From the NCBI GenBank assembly GCA_963924565.1, contig OZ004613.1:4898001-4962000 (forward strand): a stretch of DNA of 64,000 nucleotides, written 5' to 3'. The notes beneath the pieces were generated by a model. That model saw only the letters and a list, made by a program, of their open reading frames with translations. It was not told the origin of the DNA and did no database searches. A program made the position numbers and the translations under genes. This DNA is from Ascidiella aspersa (Eukaryota). Below are positions 26,601 to 38,600 of the stretch, piece after piece (the first letter of the stretch is position 1; each line of letters starts with the position of its first letter).

Positions 26601-29600
26601 GCATGTGGCGCCGTTCAGGCAGTACGCCCCCCCTTCGTAGTCGCAGAAAGCTTCACAGCTGCGATTTAACACGGAGGTTTTGTAAGTTTCGAAATACTCC
26701 GTCGGTTTTAGTAGCACAGAGAAAAAGTGGTTGAAACTTTAATTCCGCATGTAACTTTATCATCATTTATTTTTGATCTCGATGTTGGCGTCAAGTTTGG
26801 CTTACGACAGCTTATTGTGAAAAAGTGTATGTTTTGGAAAATATTTTAATGCCTTGAGGTTTCACACAATCTTTTTTCGTGTATTCTAAGCCATTTAACA
26901 AAAAGTTTTACAGCTGCGATTGAACAAGAAGATTTTGTAAGTTTTTAAATGCCGTCGGTTTTACTAGAACAGAGAAGAGATTGTTTAAGGGTTTCATGTT
27001 CAAAGTGCGATTTTTTCCCCTGGTATCAACCACGTTTCAGCAGTGTTTTGCACACTTGTTTATCAGTTAAAAAATATTTTTTTTATTTCTTGTATAACTT
27101 TGTTCTGTACTGTAGGTTTACACTGTATGCCGGAAAATTAATAAAATGATTTGTTTTATAGCAAGCACAAAGAGTTGTGTGTTTCAGTTAACTCGGCCTC
27201 TTTAAGTAAGTTAGGTAATTCTTTGCGCTCTTGATGAAATAATGTTGAACAAATTTTACAAGAGTGTATATTCAAAATGTGATAGAAACGGAAAAATTCC
27301 TTAAAATCGAATGTTGTATGTGATTACAAAAACAGTCGCCGGTTGAAATTAACGTCACAATAAAAAGCGGTTATTCCCCGCTCACCTGCGCCCACTAGTG
27401 GCGACACTGGTCTGGTTGAGATCTCTGAATCCTGCCTTACAAGCGCAGCTGAATCCTGGGTGACTCGTCGTACTCACACAAGTCGAGTTGGTCGAACAGT
27501 CGTTGTACTCGGACGAGGAACACTCGTCGTAATCTGGAAGCAACGCGTTTCAATATAAATATACGCTGAATAGTTTAAGGCTTTCTGTTGGATCACAGGT
27601 TGGAATCCTAAGTTATAAGTTATTTAAACAATCGGAAGCCTTCGACAGATCAACCGAATCTGTCGAAATACAAGTAAGGCAGGCCAAAAAAGCAACTTAA
27701 GCCTATCCACGTGACTCAAATGTTAAAAATGTAACGTTTAAAATAACGTTTGACACCAAACAAAGAATTTTCTTTCGTAAATTAATTGAATTTCTTTCCC
27801 ATGTTTAATGATTTAAGCGAACAGGTGTGTATTGTGTTGTATTTTTCCGGCACGGCCAAAAGTTTACAATACACATTCTCAACACCAGTCGCACAATGCG
27901 TGACGCAGTTGAAGTAGAAAAATGGGCTCGCTTTTTAAGATGCTGAAACTCATATACTTTGGAATTCAATTTCCAAAGTATTATTATATTATGCTCAGTT
28001 TAAATAAAATTTATTTTGACGTCAAAGATATTGTGCAAACTATATCGAGATTTGCTGACAGAAAAATATACTTTTGAATAATATATCTGTCCAGAAATAA
28101 TTTTCAAATAATTTTTTTCAGAACCTGTTTTTTTTAACAAATACTAATATAATATAAAAAGGCTGAACAATTCCAATATTTTGCAGCATAATGGTTGGAG
28201 GTTGGAGCAAGACGTAATAGGAATATCAAAGCCCATAAAGAGATATCGAATAAGTCTTTAAAATGAAAAGACTTATTCGAAACGTTCAAAATGCAACCTA
28301 CTTTTGTATGGGCTTTGATATTCTTATTATGTAATACCAATATTAATTAGCTGAAAAACAAACAACATTTAATAGTTGAGCCTCAAAAACGAACAAACCT
28401 TCAACAGTTATTCCGATCACTTTGTAGGTGCTGAGTGCCGGGAGAGTTCCAGCGTTTACAGCGCTGTTAACACTTGCCGCAACATCAGCCGTGTCGTTTA
28501 CGTTCGCAAGTTGAACGTTGCTCGTCGCGACGATGCTACCGCTCGCATAATTCACCGAAATCTCTTGCACCACTGTGATGTCAATACTGGAGAACAACGC
28601 ATTCAGCTGCGGGAAAACATAAAGCGTGTTTAATTGTGGATGATGCTACTACAGTCAGGCCTGCGAAGTCGGTTAAAAACTACACGAGTCCGACTCCAGC
28701 TAAAAAAAAAAAACCGAGTCCCGAGTCCTGAGTCCGACTCCAAAGTCAGACACTTGCCAAACTAATGAACCGACCTGAGTCCGACTCCGGCTAAATGTGC
28801 GATTTCGTCGAGTCCGACTGTCACTCTACAGCCTGTATTTCCCTCATTTAGGAAACTTAAATAAGGTGCATAATCAGCAAAATCCACTCCTGGAAGTGTT
28901 CTAACTCATCCACTCACAAAACATGGTAGGAAAAATACTCTACAACATGCTATTCTACTTTACAATTTTTACTTTTCGGCCTTAACAGTTTCGAAATTTG
29001 GTACTGCGCATGTCGGACTAGTGACCCGGCAGTCAGAATCGTGTAGCAGTTGCTATACCCTTCAATAAAATACTACTTGTGACCACTTTTTGAAACGTAG
29101 AGGACTATGACCAAGTGGAGTCTAACCATTTGAAACACGCAAACAAAACAAACGACATAAACTTTAGTCTCAACCCATTTTTTTTGTTACTTGTTCCACA
29201 TCTTGAATTCTTTGACGCACTTAGAATTTTTCAATAGTTTATTTACCGAAAAAGAATGACCAACTACACAGGAATAAAAAAAATCATTATAGTGTTATGA
29301 AAACAGGTGAACACATATGTCAGGCCCTAATAACAAGCAAAATTTTAACCCATTTACGTCGACCATGCTTGTTTTGTAACGACACATACGACTTGTTACG
29401 TCACAGACGATTTCTTATACTTACGAATGCTCTGTTTGTTGTGCCGAAGCTCGAAACAGTGCTCTGGGTGTAAGTGTAGTTGTATCTTACTATCACTGTG
29501 GCGATTAGGGAGTCTAGAAAAAATGACAAGGCAGTAAGTTTTAAGTTAAGCTGAAAAATATGTGGTTTACACTTTAAGGTCGCCATTTATGTACTGAAAT

Positions 29601-32600
29601 ATATGTAGCCTTATCAAGCATTACTCCACTACTTATGACGTCACATGTCTGGGAGAGTAAGGCATGACAAGGCTACAGTTTCATATTCAATGGTTTGTAT
29701 CGGTTAAAAGTGTGCTTTACAATAAACACTTTTAAACATAGTTCGTTGTACCATACTCGCCTAGTTTCCTATAACCTAGATTTCCTTTTGATACGTTTTA
29801 CACATTTGCAAATAATTTTATTCTGTGTATGGTGAAAAATCATATGCTTACTTATAGCAAGTAAGCATATGAGCCTTGCATGCAAAATAAACTTTAGACA
29901 ACTCATAATTTAATGGTATTTAAAAATCAAAATAATGATGTACCACAGTTTTTCTTTTATCCTGATTTCGATTAAACAACCTAATGTTAATACCTGATTC
30001 ATCTAATATTTCTAAAAATATACCGCGTAAAAAAGCAAATGGTAGTGCCCAAACGAATATGGGATGCTTTCTGTCAGTTTAGAAATTACTGCTGCAATAC
30101 GAAATATACTCACTCTTGCATGTGCTTCCAACAAGGCCAGTGAACTGGGGACAAGTGATAGACGGATCAGTGGTTGGTCCTGTGGTTGGTCCTGTGGTTG
30201 GTCCTGTGGTTGGTCCTGTGGTTGGTCCTGTGGTTGGTCCTGCGGTTGGACCTGTGGTTGGTCCTGTGGTTGGTCCTGCGGTTGGACCTGCGGTTGGACC
30301 TGTGGTTGGACCTGTGGTTGGTGCTGTGGTTGGTGCTGTGGTTGGTGCTGTGGTTGGTGCTGTGGTTGGTGCTGTGGTTGGTGCTGTGGTTGGTGATGTG
30401 GTTGGTGCTGTGGTTGGTGCTGTGGTTGGTGCTGTTGTCACTGTTAACACAAAGTTGCCGTTAGTCTGTAAGGTTTATTATTGCATGATACCTAAACCAT
30501 AATGTCCCTGATTTTCAGGAGAATTTTGAGTTAAGTTCAGCAACAAACAGACAATTAAATCATTTCTAATTGGATCATACAAGCAGAGTACTGTTCAATT
30601 GGATGAAAATCAAAAAATTCTAAATATAAGCATTTGTTGCTTATATATTTGCGTCTAATGCACAACAAAAAGCTGTTAAAGCCGAATACTATGATTTACA
30701 AACAGACTTGTTAAAGAAACAATTGCCTAAATAGATTACATTCAGTAAGTAAAACAGTGGTAAAACAATATTTGGGCAGGGAAGTCGAAGTTGATAGGAC
30801 TTACCAGCAGTCTCGCAGCGATCACCTTCGAACCCGGTCGCACAGCTGCAAGTGGGGTTGACGGTGCTGACATCAGGGGTGCACGTGCCACCGTTCAAGC
30901 AGTAAGCAGAACCGCCGAAAGTACATTGGTCTTCGCAACTAAACGCAACATACTTGGAGGTTAGTTTTGTACTTTGCAAAACTCGTTTACTTATCAATGT
31001 TGTAGGAGTGACATAGCAACTGTTTTATTACAGATGAATGTCATAAAACTGAGTACACGTGATCACTGGTAGTCCTTACCTGACATTTTTATTTAGCACA
31101 ACAGATTGTAACTTACAAAAAATGGGAAAATCTCAAGGCGATTGCTGTACGATTTTGCCTATTTTAAGAGTTTAAACACTAGACCTATTTTAACTATAGG
31201 TGCCTGTTATTATAAACGCTAAGTTGGACGCAACTGCGGCATCCATAGGCGCTATTTGATTTACAAAGCTTCATACTACTATAGTTTAAAAAATATTGAA
31301 TATCGCAAAAAGTTAAACAGAAGATTGCAGTTTTTCTAGTATTAATCAAAAACATTTGATTTAATTGCTGCTAATTACCGCCCATATTAATATACCAAAC
31401 GACGTAATCACTATGCCAAAATAAGCATATTAGACGAAATTTAAACGCCCAAAGGTAATTGTTGTCCAAGTTAATTGGTAAAAAATTACTTTAGTGTGAA
31501 GTTTGAGAATTACCGCCGTAAATAATCAAGGTTGGTTAATAAAAGCAACCGTACGCGTTAACTATGTGCCCTGCATACTGACACACTACATGATAAGATT
31601 ATTTTACTTCGTTCCCGGATTGGAAGTGTTGGTGTCCCTGTAGATGGGTTTGCACTGGCAAGTGAAGCCCGGGTGTAAAGTGCTGTCGGTGCAAGTCGCG
31701 TTCACAGAACAATCGTTCATTGTTACGTTAAGACACTCATCCAAGTCTGAAAATTAAAAGGATTTGTTTTGTTAAATCACGCGGTTGTTTTATGCCAATT
31801 ACATCTGCTTTGATTGCGGGTTAAGACTGGAATTGAAAAAGTAACTGCGGTCCAAAATAACAATCTGAACGATTGCTTTAAGAACTTAATCTGTCTTGGT
31901 CGCTTTAACACAGGGCTTGTTAAACTTTTTAAGACAGACCCTTATATATATAATTTTTTTTTTTGGGGGGGGAGGGGGTGGGGAAGTCGTAAACCTGAGT
32001 TAAAGTTGAACATAGATGACTTCAAAAATTGACGTCAAAAACCAAACAGACCTAAGAAATTTGGTCAAAATATGAAACTTTAATGAAGTCTAAATACAAT
32101 CAAGGAGAAGCGTTTTATTTTAAAGAATATTCATTTAGGAAATTTATTCTTTTTATAATAAACAAAAAATACGGGTTTGTTAACCGACTTCGAAATTTTC
32201 CAAAACACGTATGTATAATGAGTGACTAAATTATATGACACCCTTTGAATGAGTGAATGGCTGTTTATTAATCCTATTTATAAGTAAATGGGTAAAATAC
32301 AGGGCTGTAGAGTCGGAGCCGGAATTGCAATTTATTTTTGCAGGACTTTGCTTGTTTTAACTGACTTCGCAGCGATGCTTCAAACACGATTGTCGTGATT
32401 TTTCACGAAACTAACAAAGAATATTACGATTACTACGTACTGTTAATGGCGACTGTAGTGACGTTTTGAAGCTCAGTCAAGTTGCTGGTAGCGATGACAT
32501 TTTGCACTTCGGTGGCGGTGTCATTCACGTTGCTGACGTTAGCTAGTTGAACGTCTGTCGTTGCTATAACACTTCCACTGGTGAAGGTTATGGTGACGAT

Positions 32601-35600
32601 TTGGACGACTGTAATGCTCAGCTGATCGAAAATCGCCGTCATCTGTTGGGTAAAGTTGGATTTATTGACAAACTGCTTTTAGAACGTTTATATACATGAT
32701 AGAGAGTTATCGTAAGCTACCTGTGTTAAAAATGTGTTAATTTCTGTTATTAACTTTACAAAAAAATAGAATAATTTTTGTATCACAACCATACATATCT
32801 ATAACAATTTCTCCATTGCTAATTTTAGGTCTTTCGCTAATGCAATAAAAAACGTTTTTTGCTAATATTATCGCAATTTTATCAAAAAGATGAGTTTTCC
32901 AGAACATAAACTATAATCATTTTTTTGCAAAGGGTGAACTTTATTACAGAATAATCAAAAACAATCAATATTGCTATTTTATGGCAATGCTACTTTTAAG
33001 TATAAGTACATTTTTACATAATGTTAAAATTGTGAACGCATTCAATATTCTCAGTAATGTAAAGGTAAAAAGTTGTGCGCAAAATTGCTCTGTTTATTCA
33101 TATAGCAGTGAAAAAAGGTTTTACTGAAATTTCCAGAAATGACGTCACAACAGCACGTTCCAAGCAAGTAAAAATTTTCTTTATTTTCTAGTGTAGCATT
33201 TCATAGCATATTTTATTGGCGTAAAGTTTAACTAATGGAAGGGGTGCATTTTATCAGAAAAAAATACTAACTAGGCCGTTGGTTCCTTTCTTACCTTCAC
33301 ATTTATCGATTTAAAAAGACAGCAGTAGCCTACTTTAAAAGCTTCTCAATGAACCGAAATAAAAATCCAGTCAAATTTTAAAATAATTAGTAAACTTGAT
33401 GTTATTGTTCTGTGTCGTGCACAGATATGCAACTGAATTATTAGTTTAAATACAGTTGAATGGCCTGGTATAATTTGACTGGTAAGGCGTGCTTGCAAAA
33501 ATTGTTTCACTCGAAAACCGTTCCGGACCGTTTCGGCCTGCTTTCAACATTTAACCTTATTACAATAAGTAATTAACTAAAATTTGACAATTGAAGGTGG
33601 GTTGCTTTGACAATGACATTTGATGCAGTTGATAAACGCAAAATGAAATATCAAACGTTTGGTTGATATTATAATCATTCGAATGTAAATTGTCTTTATT
33701 GTGTTTTTTATTCGTTAATCAACTAAAATCCGAATTATTTTCAACGCTAAAGATAGTAAAAGGGTTAGGAACCAATCATATATAGGCTGAAACACTTTAG
33801 TTTGCAAGTAACATAACATAAAAACATTCTTGTTTAAATCTGTTTACTTTTAGACTGTTTAGAAAATCAAGAATAAAGCATAACTTTATGTCGTTTACCT
33901 GCTTTTACTAAATCGAATAGATTTTATAACGAGTCTCTACTTAACATTAAAATGAAATGTAGAAAATTGAAATAACTTACGACAACCAACACTTTGTTCC
34001 TCATTGTGACATAAGCCACACTTGTTACGTCACTTAGGGCACTGTCGAACACTTCGTTAAACGTAACAACTACATTTGTTGTTTGATAATCTGGAAAGAA
34101 GAGAACAATTAAACACCAAACAAGTTAACTCCAGCTGGAATTTTATCGAGTCCACAACATCATGAGGCTGACTTTGGTGCTCACTGCTTAGTATGTCCGA
34201 TAATATCGGATCGGAACAGCCACCTGAGACCATGTGGTCGTTCGATATTTTGTTGGTATCGGTGCCGATCCGATACCAAAATAATGTAGGAGTTTTAGCC
34301 ATCATTCGCTATCCCACGCAGTCAGTTCTACAGTGAAATCTCTTTAAATTTTGACGAATTTAACTACTTGAGGTCACTAAACTTTAACGCTAAGCAAATT
34401 TGGGCCTTAAAACCTGGTACAAAACGACTTTTAAACAATTTCATTGCTTGTTTGTCCGCATTAATGACGTCATTTTTAATCGGATGAAAACACGATACTT
34501 TTTGTCCAAAATATCGGATTTCATTAACCGATTAAAGCAGTGCTTCTCAACCTATGGGTCGCTGTTTGATTTGGTTGGGTCGCCGACCGCAGTAGTCACA
34601 TGTTTATATACTAATTAAGATTGGTGCTGAGAAATAAATTTGGAAAATTAAGAAAGCAATACAAATAATGACTTATAATAATTTTTTAAATTAGAAATTC
34701 TTTATGCTAATGCCTATTATTCGTTTGCTTACAAGAAAAAACAATTGGGTCGCCAAAGCTTAGTTGTAATACTTACGCTTAATAGTTGGGTCGCCACGAT
34801 AAAAGGTTGAGAAGCACTGGATTAAAATGTCAAATATCGGACATCTTTACTTGCGAAGATTAAACGGTTCCTGGTTTCGTTAACCACGCGTGTGCTGTTT
34901 TGAACTTTAATATCGTCACGCTCATAACCAAATTTCCTAAGTCATTTTTTACTGATTTTCAAAGTTTTTGATTCAGTCACTCCTTGTTACCCTCCCCATC
35001 CACAGAAAAAGTTCTCTGGTCATTTTTAGGTCATTTCCCACTCGCTTGTGCAAAAAATTTCCCACTCGCTTGTGCAAAAAATTCACTTAAGCACTTTTTC
35101 TGTGGATAGGGAAGGCAACAAGGAGTGACTTAGGCAAAAACTCTAAAAATCTTAAAAAAATGACTTAGTCAATTTGGTTATGAGCGTGACGATATGTAAG
35201 CCTGGAGTTAAAGTTCATAGGAAGTGTCTATTTGCGTCAGTCGCTCAAGTATACATAACTATTAATAGAGGAATCAGGTGGCACTGTATAAAGACAAATT
35301 GTATTTGATTCTCGACAAGCATTCGCCCAACCATGCTTCATCAGGTCAAAGTATGCCACCTGATTCCTCTATTTAGAATTAGACAAATACGGCCATATAC
35401 AAAGATAACTATTAATAATTATGTTGATAAAATAACAATATTACTGATATTTTAACTGTTTATACTGGAAATGTTAAGCCTCTTCCAATACTTCTAGTTG
35501 TTTTTTTATCCATATTGTAAGACCCAAACGAATCACAAAGGTTATAAAAAGAATCATTTTTATAACCTTTGTGGCTTTGTTTTGAATCTAATAATAAGAA

Positions 35601-38600
35601 TAATACATCGATTGGAATATAGTTGTGGTTAGCGTTTGAGTTCAGATGGCGGTATAATTGAGTTTAACCAATTTGGATTGTTTTTGTAATTTATTTCTTA
35701 ATCCATTAACACTTTTTGTAGGTCGGGTAATAGCCCCATGAAGTACATATCGGTTATTTGCCTGACAATTGCAAGTACGCATACACAGACTAATAATTAA
35801 ACATTCAAAGTTATTTGTTGTTTGGGTAACAGTTCCTCCTAATTATTTTCATTAAAATTTGTTGTTATTACATGCTTGTCGAAATAAAAGAATTCTTTGA
35901 CCTGGCACATAGATCTACCATGGGACTATTAAATACTAGTGCTCTACCGTCATATGTTGTAAAATAACTTACTGGTACACACTCCTCCAACATTCGTTGT
36001 AAAAGCTGGACAGGTTGTAGCTGCTGCAGTTGTTGCTAAAAAAGATTGACGTCCAATAATGACGGATTTGTATGCAGTTGAATATTTAAAGTCCAGCACA
36101 ATAACATACAGTTTCATGCAAAAAATCGACTTAATACCACTAGTTCATAACATTCTTAGCTATTTTTGATTCATTTATCATTCCACTAGGTGATAAAATT
36201 CAAAGCTTTAACCAATAATAAGACGTCATATAAACTTTATTATTGAACCACATTATTATTTTTGAATCACCACCTAAACCGCTTCACTACAGTACGTGAT
36301 CATAGTACATTGAAGACAACAAACTGCTCTTAGTTTCAAAAAGTAACTTCTTATGTAAAGACAATAATATTTTTAAAAAAATAACATGGCAATTCGCAAC
36401 ATTTTTGTGCTAATTTTGTTATAAGAGTGGCAACCAAATGTTTGACGAATCGTTACACAGCCAATTGTCTAATAGTTTAAAAGAGATGATTCAACAGAGC
36501 TGGCTGGGGGAACATGCATTTATAGCTTACAATTCCAGCAAACGAATAGTTCAGCCAAAGTTTGCAAAGGACAAAGCTGTGAAGTTAAAATAACTATTCT
36601 GCTACTGAAAAAAGGCTATTCCTTCATGTAAACTATTAACGATTTTCCGAATCCAGTAAAATACTCAATAAAAAGGTTATGTATGAGCAAACATTAAGAT
36701 AAGTTTTACAGGCAATATATTATTTCCGATAATAGTAGTGGTTTAAATTACGATGAAGCAGTGAACATGCATGATACAATAATTACTATGTGGTGGTGTA
36801 AGTACATCAATTCAACGTAGAATTATGCAACTGCTATACTAGAATGAGTCAGATGACGTACATGTCAATTACGCTGACTAGTAACACTGAACAGTTAAAT
36901 CAAACAAAGGCAGACGACAAAATAGGATTAGTAAAGGTTATTTTTCCACACGAGACACAGCCTTTGAAGCAGCCACCTTGAAGAAACGTGCTACTAATTC
37001 TGATCTTAGTACCAGTTGTTGGTGCTGCAGTTGTAGGTGCTGCAGTTGTAGGTGCTGCAGTTGTAGGTGCTGCAGTTGTAGGTGCTGCAGTTGTAGGTGC
37101 TGCAGTTGTTGGTGCTGCAGTTGTTGGTGCTGCAGTTGTTGGTGCTGCAGTTGTTGGTGCTGCAGTTGTTGGTGCTGCAGTTGTTGGTGCTGCAGTTGTA
37201 GGTGCTGCAGTTGTTGGTGCTGCAGTTGTTGGTGCTGCAGTTGTCGGTGCTGCAGTTGTTGGTGCTGCAGTTGTCGGTGCTGCAGTTGTAGGTGCTGCAG
37301 TCGTAGGTGCTGCAGTTGTAGCTGCCTGAGTTGTTGGTGCTGCAGTCGTAGGTGCTGCCGTTGTAGGTACTGCGGTTGTTGGTGCTGCGGTTGTTGGTGC
37401 TGCGGTTGTTGGTGCTGCGGTTGTTGGTGCTGCGGTTGTTGGTGCTGCTGTTGTAGGTGCTGCAGTTGTAGGTGCTGCAGTTGTAGCTGCCTGAGTTGTT
37501 GGTGCTGCAGTCGTAGGTGCTGCCGTTGTAGGTGCTGCGGTTGTAGCTGCTGCAGTTGTTGCAGTTGTAGCTGCTGCTGTTGTAGCTGCTGCAGTTGTAG
37601 CTGCTGCAGTTGTAGCTGCTGCAGTTGTAGCTGCTGCAGTTGTAGCTGCTGCAGTTGTAGCTGCTGCAGTTGAAGCTGCTGCAGTTGAAGCTGGTGCAGT
37701 TGAAGCTGGTGCAGTTGAAGCTGCTGCAGTTGAAGCTGCTGCAGTTGAAGCTGCTGCAGTTGTAGCTGCTGCAGTTGTATCTGCTGCAGTTGTATCTGCT
37801 GCAGTCATCGATGTAGCTGCTGCAGTCATCGATGTAGCTGCTGCAGTCATAGATGTAGCTGCTGCAGTCATAGATGTAGGTGCTGCAGTTGTAGCTGCCT
37901 GAGTTGTTGGTGCTGCAGTCGTAGGTGCTGCCGTTGAAGCTGCTGCAGTTGAAGCTGATGCAGTTGAAGCTGCTGCAGTTGAAGCTGCTGCAGTTGAAGC
38001 TGGTGCAGTTGAAGCTGGTGCAGTTGAAGCTGGTGCAGTTGAAGCTGGTGCAGTTGAAGCTGCTGCAGTTGAAGCTGCTGCAGTTGTAGCTGCTGCAGTT
38101 GTATCTGCTGCAGTTGTATCTGCTGCAGTCATCGATGTAGCTGCTGCAGTCATAGATGTAGCTGCTGCAGTTGTATCTGCTGCAGTCATCGATGTAGCTG
38201 CTGCAGTCATAGATGTAGCTGCTGCAGTTGTATCTGCTGCAGTCATAGATGTAGCTGCTGCTGTTGTAGCTGCTGCTGTTGTAGCTGCTGCTGTTGTAGC
38301 TGCTGTTGTTGTAGCTGCTGCTGTTGTAGCTGCTGCTGGTGTAGCTGCTGCTGTTGTATCTGCTGCAGTCATAGATGTAGCTGCTTCAGTTGTAGCTGCT
38401 GCAGTTGTAGCTGCTGCAGTTGTAGCTGCTGCAGTTGTAGCTGCTGCAGTTGTATCTGCTGCAGTTGTATCTGCTGCAGTTGTAGCTGCTGCAGTTGTAT
38501 CTGCTGCAGTTGTATCTGCTGCAGTTGTAGCTGCTGCAGTTGTATCTGCTGCAGTCATAGATGTAGTTTCTGTAGTTGTAGCCGCTGCTGTTGTAGCCGC

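Noticed and set aside
30064-30502. (WSCG)n, (VVGP)n and (LWLV)n ORFs
   Set aside because: Antisense frames of the TTGP/TTAP exon.
36978-37673. Cys-rich (CCSCW)n and (VGAAV)n ORFs on the + strand
   Set aside because: Antisense shadows of the PTTAA repeat exon; no splice or start context.
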